Source: an uncultured cyanobacterium
GTDB taxonomy: Bacteria; Cyanobacteriota; Cyanobacteriia; CAKZMO01
Length of the DNA: 64,000 nucleotides
Assembly (NCBI GenBank): GCA_963719515.1
Contig: CAVRCJ010000008.1
Coordinates: 64,001-128,000 of the forward strand
Reading direction: 5' to 3'
Both the position numbers and the translations under genes were made by a program. Below, one piece after another: positions 8,402-18,729 of the stretch (positions are counted from its first letter, which is position 1; each line of letters starts with the position of its first letter). A model generated the notes under the pieces. The model saw nothing but the letters and a program-made list of their open reading frames with translations, searched no databases and was not told where the DNA came from.

Positions 8402-10798
8402 TTAGAGCTCAAAATCGGTCCACACCCCGTATATGAGCCAAATGGCCATGGCCCGCAGGTAGTGGCAAGCGCGGAACGTCCCCGCAGCCGTAATTGCCTC
8501 TGGTGTGCGGAACTGCAGGCCGTGGTCATACACCTGGCGCACGACCGCCTCTGTCAGCCGCAGCGCCCGATTGGGCTGATCCATCTGCAGTAAAAACGCC
8601 GCCAGTCCAAAGTTGATGCCGGTCCACACTTCTAATGGATGGGTATCGTCTGGATTTTCCGGGGAGCCGTCGGGCCGCAGCCCATTGGCTGCCCCAAGCG
8701 TCCCGTCGGCGAAGCGCAGGAAGCAGGTCTGATAGACCGTGTCCAACGCCGCCTGAGCGCAGTCCGCAGGCACAATATCCGGCAGCCCCAGCAGCCGCGC
8801 GTAGAACTGCCCGCAGAGCTGGTCCGCCATCACGACGTCAGAGCCGCTGCCGGTGTCTAGCCGGTAATACTCGCCGGTCCACAGCCGCGCCTGATAGAGG
8901 GGCTGGGCTTGGGCAAACCAGCGCCGCCACCGCAAGATCGCGCCCTCTATTTCGTTACTATCTCCCAAACCCGCGTCCAACAGCCGCTGCCCGATAGCGA
9001 TCGCCGCCTGGAGGGCCGCCAGCCACAGCCCGCCGCAGTAGGCGCTGATGCCTTTGAGCTGCCAATCGTCGAAGGTTTGGTCCGGCGCGCCGCTGTTTTC
9101 AGGAATGCCGTCGCCGTCAATATCAAAGCGCTTCAGGTAGTCCAGCGCCGCTACAGTCGCCTCCCAGCAGTCCAGCAAAAAGGCGTTGTCGCTGCCGCCG
9201 GTGAGGTAAAAGTCGCGGTAGACCTGCAGCACGAAATCCGAGGCCAGGTCTTTCCACTGGTTGCAGTCTTGATAGCTGGTGTAGTTGGTCTGCTCCCAGG
9301 GAAACTCGTTGGGAGCCCCCAAGTCGTGGGGCGTGGCCCCAGCCAGCTTGCGCTGGGCGGCGGGGCTGGCTTTGCCCACCGTCATGTAGTAGCCGATGGT
9401 GCGGGTGCGCAGGTCCGCTAGGGGAATGGCTCGGGCAAAAGCCCGCAAGATGGCCTTGTCGAGCTTGGGAAACAGCATCAGCAGGGCAAAGGAGCCGTAC
9501 AGCCGCACGTCCAGGCTTTCATACCAGCGGTAGTCTAGGCTCTCCAGCACCGCGAACTGGCCTTCTGGGTTGCGATCGCTCGCCGCACTCCACAGACTGC
9601 CGCCGCTGGCCAGGTCATACAGCTCGTTAAATAGAGCCATCTTGAACCAGTCCGGCAGGTCGCCGCGCTCCAGCACGGGCTGCTGCCAGGTCTCAATCTG
9701 CGATCGCCATTGGGGATAGGTTTCCAAGGCTCTGCAGGCAATGTCCCAAGCCGAGCGGCCCGAGGTGCCAAAAAAATCCGTGTAGCGGCGGTAGGTCTGC
9801 ACCCCAGAAGCAAATTCCGTCACCGGAAAATCCCAGGCCAGCGCCATGGGGATGCGGCGCTGCTCTCCGGGCTGTAGAGTCACCCGCACTGCGACCGCCG
9901 CGCCAATGCGCTCTTCCGCTGCGGCGGGCGTCTCGTCTGCCACATTGGCCAGGGAGCCGTCTTTAGAAAAATCATGCCATAGGTCTGCGCCGTCGCCGAT
10001 TGGGTTCCAGCGGCTGTGGTAGAACACCTCAGCCGCACCCGCGCAAGCCTCCACCGCGATCGCCCATTCTCCGTCCCCCTCCCGAGGCGGCTCGCTGCGG
10101 GCCTGACCCAAGACGCAGCCGTAGCGCGAGCCGTCAGTCACCCAGCGATTGCTGTTGCCCTCGCTGTTGCCCAGCCGAGGCTCATAGACATACACGGGGC
10201 TGCCGTCATCCCGTACAGTCACCTCAGGAGACGCCGAGGCATTGGTAAACCAGCCCGCCATGTTCTCCCAGCTCAGCAAAATGCTCAGAGTGACGGGGCG
10301 ATCGCTGGGGTTTTGTAGGGTCCAAAGAAACACCGCCACCGGGTAGCTGGTGTCCTGATAGTTGTGGGGCAGGATGGGGGAAAGCTGCTCGCAGGTAATC
10401 TGGGTTTGAAAGACCTCTCGGTAGGTAAACCAGCTGCGAGGGTAGAGGGCGTGGTATTGCCCTGTATTGTGCTCCTCTTTTGAAGCGAGGCCAGGATAGG
10501 GGCACCAAGCTTCTAGCCCTGATTCTATCGGCCCCAGAGCGCAGGCGCGAGACTGCTCTCCCACCCGCTCAAAGACGCTGAACTGACAGGCCGGCATAGC
10601 CGCAAACACATGCTCGCCCCCGTCGATGTGCCAGAGGTTAAACTCCCCCCGAGGCGATCGCCCGATACAGCCTGCTCCCAGCCCGCCTAGCGGCGCGCCA
10701 TGCCAGGGACCATCGTCTAGATTGCTGTCGTAGCGTACGCGGTAGGGCTTATCCCACGGCAATCCCAGCGGGCGGCTCCAGGCACAGGTTGGAATCAT
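8402..10798 (-). CDS. GH116 glycoside hydrolase (GBA2/non-lysosomal glucosylceramidase-like)
   Basis: GAPLGGLGAGCIGR, SPILPHNYQDTSYPV, FAVLESLDYRWYESLDVRLYGS, PHDLGAP, WKDL, PDQTFDDW, MADQLCGQFY, EVWTGINF, FRTPEA, YLRAMAIW. Confidence 0.92.
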   Translation of the reverse strand: MIPTCAWSRPLGLPWDKPYRVRYDSNLDDGPWHGAPLGGLGAGCIGRSPRGEFNLWHIDGGEHVFAAMPACQFSVFERVGEQSRACALGPIESGLEAWCPYPGLASKEEHNTGQYHALYPRSWFTYREVFQTQITCEQLSPILPHNYQDTSYPVAVFLWTLQNPSDRPVTLSILLSWENMAGWFTNASASPEVTVRDDGSPVYVYEPRLGNSEGNSNRWVTDGSRYGCVLGQARSEPPREGDGEWAIAVEACAGAAEVFYHSRWNPIGDGADLWHDFSKDGSLANVADETPAAAEERIGAAVAVRVTLQPGEQRRIPMALAWDFPVTEFASGVQTYRRYTDFFGTSGRSAWDIACRALETYPQWRSQIETWQQPVLERGDLPDWFKMALFNELYDLASGGSLWSAASDRNPEGQFAVLESLDYRWYESLDVRLYGSFALLMLFPKLDKAILRAFARAIPLADLRTRTIGYYMTVGKASPAAQRKLAGATPHDLGAPNEFPWEQTNYTSYQDCNQWKDLASDFVLQVYRDFYLTGGSDNAFLLDCWEATVAALDYLKRFDIDGDGIPENSGAPDQTFDDWQLKGISAYCGGLWLAALQAAIAIGQRLLDAGLGDSNEIEGAILRWRRWFAQAQPLYQARLWTGEYYRLDTGSGSDVVMADQLCGQFYARLLGLPDIVPADCAQAALDTVYQTCFLRFADGTLGAANGLRPDGSPENPDDTHPLEVWTGINFGLAAFLLQMDQPNRALRLTEAVVRQVYDHGLQFRTPEAITAAGTFRACHYLRAMAIWLIYGVWTDFEL

Positions 10799-10841
10799 AT
10801 TAAGTCACTTAACAGTCGCGGCAGTCCACATCAGCAGTGTA

Positions 10842-11117
10842 TTACGGCGCGTCTTCTCGCGCGATTGCTTCTGATGCGCCCTCTTCCGGCGCAGTTGCGA
10901 GGGGCTGCCATCCCGCCTGCCAGAGATCTGGATCCTTGAGCGCCTGAGCGTTGAGCCAAAAGCGTACGCTCGGGTCGCAGGCGGCGACGAGCTCAGCGAA
11001 TACCCATCTATCTTTATTCTTGCGATTTGTAACTCGAAAATGCCGCCATCCCCAAGTTTTTTGTCGCGCTGTCCACTTTGAACCCACTAGATAAGGAAAT
11101 CGCTGCCGTTTCGCCAT
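10842..11117 (-). CDS. small Trp-rich conserved protein (TIGR02450-like)
   Basis: LVGSKWTA...GWRHF...L.D...WQAGW pattern. Confidence 0.8.
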   Translation of the reverse strand: MAKRQRFPYLVGSKWTARQKTWGWRHFRVTNRKNKDRWVFAELVAACDPSVRFWLNAQALKDPDLWQAGWQPLATAPEEGASEAIAREDAP

Positions 11118-11491
11118 AGTTTTGTTAAGAAAAGTGTCGCTCTAGATTGAATTTTGCTATGCGAACAGCCTAAGCCAGGGATGGAGCAACTATTACGACT
11201 TGCTACACTTGACAAGTACAGCCGAGGCAGCGAATTAAAGGCAAATTTCGGATGTCTTCGCTAAACTATTTTAGTGTCCCAGGCTACGAGCCGCTCAATC
11301 GGTGTGGCTCGGGACAACAAGCCCATGTGAAGCATACATATGCGCAAGACTGCTTTTGGAGAGTGCCACATCTTTATAAAAATTGTGGTGACCCTCTCAA
11401 TCTTTGGCTAAACTTGTGGCATCTACTGGTGTGTAGTGGTTTTCTGTAGTGGCTTTTTACTGTCTTGATTTAGGAGCATGAGGAACGCGGC

Positions 11492-12613
11492 ATGACCCAA
11501 GCTAAAAATGCATTGGATGTTGATCGTTCTAAACTGGATGGCAACCAGTCTAGAGCAGGTGTGGAGCTGGCTTCGTCTAGCGATGTAAAGTCGGAGACGG
11601 CCAAAACCGAAAAGAAAGGTAAAGCTAAGGGACGCGCGTCTCGTCGAGTGCAGGCCAAAAAGAAGCACTATACCGAAGACTCTATTCGCCTTTATCTGCA
11701 GGAAATTGGCCGAATCCGCCTCTTGAGAGCTGATGAAGAAATTGAGCTGGCCCGTAAAATTGCGGACTTGCTAGAGCTAGAGCGGATTCGCGAGCAGCTG
11801 ACCGAGGATCTCGATCGCTGTCCGACCGACGCCGACTGGGCTGAAAAGGTAGAGATGAGCCTGCCCGCCTTTCGCCGCCGCCTGCATCTAGGCCGCCGCG
11901 CTAAGGACAAAATGGTTCAGTCTAACTTGAGGCTGGTGGTCTCCATCGCTAAAAAGTATATGAACCGCGGCTTGTCCTTCCAGGATCTAATTCAGGAAGG
12001 CAGCTTGGGCCTTATCAGAGCCGCAGAGAAGTTCGACCACGAGAAGGGCTACAAATTCTCCACCTACGCCACCTGGTGGATTCGTCAGGCCATCACCCGA
12101 GCGATCGCCGACCAGTCCCGCACGATTCGGCTGCCGGTTCACCTCTACGAAACCATTTCCCGCATTAAGAAAACCACCAAGCTGCTCTCCCAGGAGATGG
12201 GCCGCAAGCCCACCGAAGAAGAAATTGCCACCCGTATGGAGATGACCATTGAGAAGCTGCGCTTTATTGCTAAGTCAGCTCAACTTCCCATTTCCCTAGA
12301 AACGCCCATCGGTAAGGAAGAAGATTCTCGCTTAGGCGACTTCATTGAGTCAGACGGCGAGACGCCGGAAGACCAGGTCTCCAAGAATCTGCTCCGAGAA
12401 GACCTAGAGAGCGTCCTCGATACCCTCAGCCCTCGGGAGCGCGATGTGCTGCGTCTGCGCTATGGCCTAGACGATGGCCGCATGAAAACCCTTGAAGAAA
12501 TCGGCCAGATCTTCAACGTCACCCGCGAGCGCATTCGCCAAATAGAGGCCAAGGCGCTGCGTAAGCTTCGTCATCCCAATCGCAACAGCGTTCTCAAGGA
12601 ATACATTCGCTAA
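11492..12613 (+). CDS. sigA: principal RNA polymerase sigma factor SigA/RpoD
   Basis: [83 protein letters not shown]. Confidence 0.97.
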   Translation: MTQAKNALDVDRSKLDGNQSRAGVELASSSDVKSETAKTEKKGKAKGRASRRVQAKKKHYTEDSIRLYLQEIGRIRLLRADEEIELARKIADLLELERIREQLTEDLDRCPTDADWAEKVEMSLPAFRRRLHLGRRAKDKMVQSNLRLVVSIAKKYMNRGLSFQDLIQEGSLGLIRAAEKFDHEKGYKFSTYATWWIRQAITRAIADQSRTIRLPVHLYETISRIKKTTKLLSQEMGRKPTEEEIATRMEMTIEKLRFIAKSAQLPISLETPIGKEEDSRLGDFIESDGETPEDQVSKNLLREDLESVLDTLSPRERDVLRLRYGLDDGRMKTLEEIGQIFNVTRERIRQIEAKALRKLRHPNRNSVLKEYIR

Positions 12614-12657
12614 AGATATGCGCTGTTGAGGGCGATCGCGCACCGCAACATGAATCT

Positions 12658-12692
12658 GACGGGGGAGCAGCATGGGTTGTTCCCCCGTTTTC
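12658..12692 (+). terminator. intrinsic terminator after sigA
   Basis: Stem GACGGGGGAGCAGC / GTTGTTCCCCCGTT with an ATGG loop and G-U pairs on the + strand, ending in a short T run. Confidence 0.7.
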
Positions 12693-12963
12693 AATTATTC
12701 GCAAATTTTGAGGCAGGCCACCCGACCAGATCGATTCAAAAAGAGTTGTTTGCTTTTCGTATGGGACAGCTTGCGCTAAGTTGGCGTTACGCTTTGTGTC
12801 TTCTGCAGGGATAGGAATTTGTGTAAAAGCGGGTAATATCTTTTGTAATCAGATAGATAGTGATAAGATTTCGAGCAGTTATTGGCTCTACGTCAGGTCC
12901 AGGGTTCGTCTAGAGTTCGCGCAGCTATTCTTGCATCTCGCTAAAACAAGTGATCCTATTGTC

Positions 12964-14076
12964 GTGAGTTTTCTCTCTAATCTCTTTTCAAAAAAGTCAA
13001 AAGGCATCGGCGTTGAATTGACCCCTGAGCGAGTCAACGTTGCCCAAGTTAGACGAAACGGGCAATCGTTCCGCTTGACTCAGCTAGCCTCTGCTGACGT
13101 TCCTGAAGGTGTCTTTCATGAAGGGCAGATTCTCGAGCCGTCGGCCATGGCCGATATTATCCAGCAGCTGTTCTCTGAGCAAAAGCTAAAGGCGACTACT
13201 GTGGCCACCGCTATCTCAGGGGGACGCGACACCGTAACGCGAATTATCCCAGTTCCCGCCGAACTAGACGACAACGAATTGCGGGAGATGGTTCTTGACC
13301 AGGAGGCCGGACTTTACCTTCCCTTTCCCCGCGACGAGGCGGACGTTGACTATCAAAAGCTGGGGTTTTTCGTCGACGAGGACGGGATTGAAAAAGTTCA
13401 GGTGCTGCTGGTGGCCACCCGCAAAGAGGTGACCGACAACTACCTGACCACCTTTCAGCAGGCTGGGCTGGACGTCAATATCCTCGAAATTTCTAGCTTT
13501 TCGCTCATTCGCACCATCCGCGAGCAGCTGCGGCAGTTTACCCCCCAAGAAGCGGTGGCGATCGTCGATACCGAGTTTGAGAATACCGAGATTTCCATCG
13601 TCGTCGATGGCGTCCCCCACTTCTCTAGGACGGTCCCCATCGGCACCTACCAAATTCAGTCGGCGTTGAGCCGGGCCATGAACTTGCCCCCCTCGCGCAA
13701 CACCGACCTCCTTCAGGGCATGACCATCCCAGTAACGCCCATGGATAGCGTGGGTGTCCCTCAGATGGGGGCGGGAACCAATCCCGGTACGGCGGCCATG
13801 ATTCGAGTGCTAGGTGAGCTTGCCGATGAGCTGCGGCGCTCTATCGACTTCTACCTCAATCAGGGGGAGGAGTTAGAGGTCGCCCAGCTGCTGCTGTCGG
13901 GGCCGGGTGCCGCCATCGGGCAGCTTGACGAATTCTTTTCTCAGCGTTTGAGCCTGCCGGCGACCCAAATTGATCCGATATCGGCGCTGTCTTTGGATGT
14001 TGAAGCTGATATTCCAGACATTCAGCGTTCTGGGTTAGGCGTGGTTATTGGTTTAGGGCTAAGGGAGGCTTGGTAG
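12964..14076 (+). CDS. pilM: type IV pilus assembly protein PilM
   Basis: GIGVEL, YLPFPRDEADVDYQKLG, VLLVATRKEV, ELADELRRSIDFY, VIGLGLRE; first gene of the tight MNOQ operon. GTG 12964 is the likely start. Confidence 0.93.
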   Translation: MSFLSNLFSKKSKGIGVELTPERVNVAQVRRNGQSFRLTQLASADVPEGVFHEGQILEPSAMADIIQQLFSEQKLKATTVATAISGGRDTVTRIIPVPAELDDNELREMVLDQEAGLYLPFPRDEADVDYQKLGFFVDEDGIEKVQVLLVATRKEVTDNYLTTFQQAGLDVNILEISSFSLIRTIREQLRQFTPQEAVAIVDTEFENTEISIVVDGVPHFSRTVPIGTYQIQSALSRAMNLPPSRNTDLLQGMTIPVTPMDSVGVPQMGAGTNPGTAAMIRVLGELADELRRSIDFYLNQGEELEVAQLLLSGPGAAIGQLDEFFSQRLSLPATQIDPISALSLDVEADIPDIQRSGLGVVIGLGLREAW

Positions 14077-14077
14077 G

Positions 14078-14818
14078 ATGTACGGCCTTGATATTAATTT
14101 TCTGAACGACCGCAACGCTCAGGTCGCGGCCTCGGCGGCGAACGAACCCACTATCCGAGAGGAGTCTAACTGGCGACCTACAATCTTGGGAGCGGCTATT
14201 GGCCTTGCGCCACTGGTGCTGTTGTTGGCCTCCTGGCTAGCGCTAAACACCATGAATAGTCGGCTTGAGGCCCGGCGGGATGAGCTCGACCGGGAGCTAG
14301 CGGCTCAGCAGGCGACGCGGCAAGAACTCGCGAGCGCCTTGGCCCGCGCTCAGCAGGCCGAGAACGACGCCAAAGCGCTAGTGACGGTATTTGACCAGAT
14401 CAAACCTTGGTCTGCGCTACTGCAAAGCATTCAGGACAATGTCCCTAGCGGCGTTCAAATCGCTGGGGTAGAGCAAACCGCTGAGAGCGAAGAGCAGAGT
14501 ATCAGCATCTCGGGATATGCCGTTTCCTTCGACGACGTCAATGACTTCGTGCTGGTGCTGAGGCGATCGCCGTTCCTCGACCCTGAGGAAACCAGTCTGG
14601 AAACAGCCAGCTTAATAGACTACCCCGTTGACTTTGAGCTGCCCGAGGGTACGCCTTCTGGCGCTGACGTTCAGGTTCCTCAGGTGGTGGACTACACCAT
14701 CTCAGCAGACTTAACTGAGCTACCGGCCTCTGAGCTGCTAGCGGAGCTGGAGAGTACGCTAGCGGTTGGGTTGACCTCTAGAATTCAGGCCCTAAGAGAT
14801 AGAGGAGCGTTTGAGTAA
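14078..14818 (+). CDS. pilN: type IV pilus assembly protein PilN
   Basis: MYGLDINFL N-terminal motif, TM segment, coiled coil, KPWSALL, SFDDVNDF. Confidence 0.9.
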   Translation: MYGLDINFLNDRNAQVAASAANEPTIREESNWRPTILGAAIGLAPLVLLLASWLALNTMNSRLEARRDELDRELAAQQATRQELASALARAQQAENDAKALVTVFDQIKPWSALLQSIQDNVPSGVQIAGVEQTAESEEQSISISGYAVSFDDVNDFVLVLRRSPFLDPEETSLETASLIDYPVDFELPEGTPSGADVQVPQVVDYTISADLTELPASELLAELESTLAVGLTSRIQALRDRGAFE

Positions 14819-15654
14819 TGACCGTAAGCGATTATCCCGACGATGATCAGGAGTATTATCAAGCCGAGCCGGTCTATCCGACGGCATTTGGCGTCGAGCT
14901 AACGCCGACTGTTTTAGGAATCCTAGCGGCGGTTGTGGGGATTGGGTTAACGATTTACCTTCTTCTTAACTTCGTCTGGCCCGCGTTCCAGCAGCGTCAG
15001 CAGCTACAGCGCGAGGTTACCGAACGGGAGGCGCTCATCCAAGACCCGGAAGAGACGCAGCGTGAAATTGCCGAGGCGAGAGAGCGGCTGGCGAGAGCAG
15101 AGCAGCTTCAGGCCGACGTGCTTGCTTTATTTGCCAACGAGGAGAACCTCGAAACGCTGCTGTATGACATCAACCAGCGGGTGCAGTCGGTCAACGCTGG
15201 CATTGTCGACGAGGACCGCAGGGCTGAGCTGGTTCGATTCGATGTGGATGAGGCGTCTTCTGGCCTTGTTCAAGATGGCTCGCTGGGCGAGAGCGTCAAC
15301 GGTCGTATAGAGCGGCGCGTGTACAATGTTGAGCTTGCAGGAAGTTTTGCCCAAACTCAATCCATACTGCGTAATGTGGAGCGACTACAGCCGCTTTTGA
15401 TTATCCAAGAGTTCGATAGCGATCTAGAAACGGCCAATCAAACCGTTCAGATCGATCAGCAGGGCAACGTTGTACCCACTAGTGCGCCGCCCCAAGCGCG
15501 GCTCAATACTGCATTCAGACTAGACGCTCTGCTGCCTGCATCACCAGAAGCCGTCGCGGCAAGTGGGGCAGTAGGACAGGACGGTGAGGCAGCTGAAGGC
15601 GAAGCGACTGAGAACGGCACCAGCGACTCAGCTGCCGAGGGAGCATCGGAATAG
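14818..15654 (+). CDS. pilO: type IV pilus assembly protein PilO-like
   Basis: YPTAFGVELTP plus TM, coiled coil, GSFAQTQSILRNVERLQPLL; TAATG stop/start overlap with pilN. Confidence 0.82.
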   Translation: MTVSDYPDDDQEYYQAEPVYPTAFGVELTPTVLGILAAVVGIGLTIYLLLNFVWPAFQQRQQLQREVTEREALIQDPEETQREIAEARERLARAEQLQADVLALFANEENLETLLYDINQRVQSVNAGIVDEDRRAELVRFDVDEASSGLVQDGSLGESVNGRIERRVYNVELAGSFAQTQSILRNVERLQPLLIIQEFDSDLETANQTVQIDQQGNVVPTSAPPQARLNTAFRLDALLPASPEAVAASGAVGQDGEAAEGEATENGTSDSAAEGASE

Positions 15655-15721
15655 GGTAGAAGGCTAGCGGTAGTCATAGGTCTGAACGTACACAAGAAAT
15701 TTTCATTGGGAGGAGAGAACG

Positions 15722-17869
15722 GTGAAACGGCATCTCGGAATAGGACTTAGCGCCTTAAGTGGCTGCGCGGCAGTGACCTTAGTAGCCACCTCTGCCGCTG
15801 CGCAATCGGTCGCGGTGATTACTGACGTCGCCATTCGTCAAGCGGCAGAAGGAATTGAGGTCGTCTTGACCACAGACAGCGGCACACAGCCGCAGATCTT
15901 TACCGTCAGCCGCGACAATACGCTGGTGGCTGATTTAATCAATAGCGAGCTGAGCTTGGCGAGCGGCGGCGATTTTGTCAACAATAATCCAGCTCCCGGT
16001 ATCGAGTCCGTCACCGTCTCTCAGCTGGACGCCAACAGCATTCGCGTGGTTGTGGCGGGGGAGACGGAGCTGCCCATAGGACAGGTTCGTCAAACCGATA
16101 GCGCCATCATCTTTGATTTTTCAACGGCGACGGCGCTGGAAGTGGAAGATCCTATCCCGGTGACTGTAGAGCCTGCCCAACCCTCCGCACCGCTACCAGA
16201 GCCTCCAGATCTAGCTCAAGCACCGGACCCCATCATCGACAATGACAATGATGTCTTAGTGCCCGATCCAGACGTGCGGATTGATGGCGTAGAGGTGGAT
16301 CCCGCTCCTGTCGTCACCGCCCCTGCAGCCCTTCCTCGGGCGATCGCCCCGCCGGTGGGCGATATCGCCGTCACGAGCATTGATCCCTCACCCTCCACTA
16401 TTTCTCTCGGCACCTCTGAGGTACTGCCGCGCCTGGTGCTGCGAAACGCGCCGGTTCGCGAGGTACTTTCTCTGCTGGCGCGGGCTGCAGGACTCAACCT
16501 AGCGTTTGTTGGCGATCCAGCAGCCGATATCGACGAAGAGGATATCACTATCTCGCTGGACATCGAAAATGAGCCCATCCAGGACGTGTTCAACTACGTC
16601 TTGAGGCTATCGGGTCTAGACGCGAGCCGGTTCGGCCGCACGATTTTTGCAGGGCCTCGTTTGCCCAATGAGGCGCGGCAGCTCGTGGTGCGCAATCTAC
16701 GCCTCAACCAGGTAGACGTTCCCACGGCGCTCAACTTTTTGGTCGGTTTGGGTGCGGAAACCGCCGTCAGCCGCCAGCGGCTGGTGACCAACGTCAACGC
16801 GGTCTCAATCGGTGACAACGTCGAGCCGCTGACGCAAACTCAAACGATAGAGGAAGAGCGGATTGAAACGCAGCGCATCGAGTATCAAGACTCGTCACCC
16901 ATTCTGCGGGGCCTTCAGGTCGTAGGGGATGAGCGCACCAATTCCATTACCCTAGTCGGTTCGCCCAGGCAAATCGAAATTGCCGTCGCGCAGCTGATTC
17001 CTCTCGATATCAGGCGGCGACAGGTCGCCGTCAATGTCAAGGTTGTCGATGTCGACCTCAATGCTATTGACCGGGCATCGACCAGCTTCTCCTTCGGGGT
17101 TGATGGGACGACAGTAGTGTCTGACGGGGGAGTCGGCGTCATCAACTTTGGCGACCAAAGCCCTATCTCCGTTCCCGGTGATATCTTGACCGACAACTTC
17201 GGAGCGGTAACGGGCACCCTCGGGTCACCCTTTGACTTCGAATTTGGTGAGGATTTTCTGGGGCAGCTGCAGCTCGCTATAACCAACAGCAACGCCAAAA
17301 TTCTGACAGATCCTACGCTGGTTGTACAGGAGGGGCAGCAGGCCGAGGTTGTTTTGGCCGATGAGGTCATTACAAACGTCGAGATTGAGACGGACGGTAC
17401 GGGGGATGACCAAACGCAGACGGTCACCGTTGTCACAGAGCCAGCTGGCGTTATTCTTAGAGTCCAGATTGACCGCATCGACGATAACGGGTTTGTCAAT
17501 CTCTCTGTCGCGCCAACAGTCTCTGAGCCCAGCACCACCGAAGATGTTACGGTTGATGGGGCTAGCATAACCCTCACCTTACTCTCCGAGCGGCGCTTGA
17601 CCTCCGGGCAGCTACGACTGCGGGATGGTCAGACTATCGTTCTATCCGGAATCATCCAGGATACTGACCAAGTCAGCTCGACTAAAATTCCGATCTTGGG
17701 CGATCTGCCCATTATTGGTGCCCTCTTCCGCCGTACTGAACGGTCGAATGAGCGGAGCGAGGTGATCATTGTGATGACGGTCAACGTCCTAGACGATTCT
17801 GAGGGCTCTACCTTTGGCTATAGCTATACGCCAGGCAGCGCTGACTCTCAGGAGCTTCTGCGGCGCTAA
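15722..17869 (+). CDS. pilQ: type IV pilus secretin PilQ (AMIN + secretin)
   Basis: Signal peptide, AMIN-like domain, PRAIAPPVGDI, DERTNSITLVG, AKILTDPTLVVQEGQ, KIPILGDLPIIGALFR. Confidence 0.93.
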   Translation: MKRHLGIGLSALSGCAAVTLVATSAAAQSVAVITDVAIRQAAEGIEVVLTTDSGTQPQIFTVSRDNTLVADLINSELSLASGGDFVNNNPAPGIESVTVSQLDANSIRVVVAGETELPIGQVRQTDSAIIFDFSTATALEVEDPIPVTVEPAQPSAPLPEPPDLAQAPDPIIDNDNDVLVPDPDVRIDGVEVDPAPVVTAPAALPRAIAPPVGDIAVTSIDPSPSTISLGTSEVLPRLVLRNAPVREVLSLLARAAGLNLAFVGDPAADIDEEDITISLDIENEPIQDVFNYVLRLSGLDASRFGRTIFAGPRLPNEARQLVVRNLRLNQVDVPTALNFLVGLGAETAVSRQRLVTNVNAVSIGDNVEPLTQTQTIEEERIETQRIEYQDSSPILRGLQVVGDERTNSITLVGSPRQIEIAVAQLIPLDIRRRQVAVNVKVVDVDLNAIDRASTSFSFGVDGTTVVSDGGVGVINFGDQSPISVPGDILTDNFGAVTGTLGSPFDFEFGEDFLGQLQLAITNSNAKILTDPTLVVQEGQQAEVVLADEVITNVEIETDGTGDDQTQTVTVVTEPAGVILRVQIDRIDDNGFVNLSVAPTVSEPSTTEDVTVDGASITLTLLSERRLTSGQLRLRDGQTIVLSGIIQDTDQVSSTKIPILGDLPIIGALFRRTERSNERSEVIIVMTVNVLDDSEGSTFGYSYTPGSADSQELLRR

Positions 17870-18411
17870 CTCTGCGGGCTAATGTTATAGTGACCTGAGC
17901 ATGTTTGTCTTCTTTGGCAGACATGCTTCAGTCTGTCTATATCCCTTGGGGGGCGATTGAACTGAGCGCAGAGCGGTGCGTGCTGTTTCGGCATTACCGG
18001 CGCGGTGAGCAAAGCTCGATACTGCTCTTAACTTTTCAATTAAGACCTGTGTCTAGCACAGTTGCTACACATGCTGCACCGTTTTCTATACTTTTACGAT
18101 AAGCGAAACATAGTTAACAAAATGTGCTGTGGGCGATGGGCTGCAGTTAACGCCATCACTATTCAACGCATTTCTTGACGATTGGAAAAACGGGCTATGC
18201 TCAGTAATGACAAAAATAGCTGGTTTTTTCCAAAAATTTCAAAAAAAATTCTCAAATCGCCGAAAATTAGGCGTTTGGTTATTCCAAATTATCGGACTTC
18301 CCTCTAGAATAGGGCATTGAAACTCAGCTTTTACTGGAGTTTCGGAACTTGGCAAAGTTTTATCTCAATCATGCCTGCCCGTTTATCTCAATTCAAATCT
18401 AGGAGATTCTT

Positions 18412-18690
18412 ATGAACAAAGGTGAATTAGTTGACAAAATTGCTGAGAGAGCAAGCGTCACCAAAAAGGAAGCAGATGCTGTACTAACGGCCGCCTTAGA
18501 GGCAATCATGGATGCCGTCTCGGACAACGACAAAGTGACGCTAGTCGGCTTTGGCTCATTTGAGCCCCGCGAGCGGAAGGCTCGAGAAGGCCGCAACCCG
18601 AAAACGGGAGAAGCGATGACAATTCCGGCTACGCGGGTGCCGGCTTTTTCTGCGGGCAAACTTTTCAAAGAGAAGGTTGCCCCCAAATAG
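18412..18690 (+). CDS. hup: DNA-binding protein HU
   Basis: MNKGELVD, VTLVGFGSF, REGRNPKTGE, VPAFSAGKLFK; AGGAG RBS upstream. Confidence 0.97.
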   Translation: MNKGELVDKIAERASVTKKEADAVLTAALEAIMDAVSDNDKVTLVGFGSFEPRERKAREGRNPKTGEAMTIPATRVPAFSAGKLFKEKVAPK

Positions 18691-18729
18691 CCGCGGTGCC
18701 ATGATTACAGTGGCTCAGGTGCCACAGCC

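Noticed and set aside
8402..10798. GH116 glucosylceramidase-like gene as part of the sphingoid cluster
   Set aside because: It lies 30 kb away among core genes, and GH116 includes general beta-glucosidases. A functional link is possible but position does not support it.
12964..17869. Absence of pilP from the pilMNOQ operon (and of ftsX beside ftsE at 29.6 kb)
   Set aside because: To my knowledge both arrangements are ordinary in cyanobacteria.
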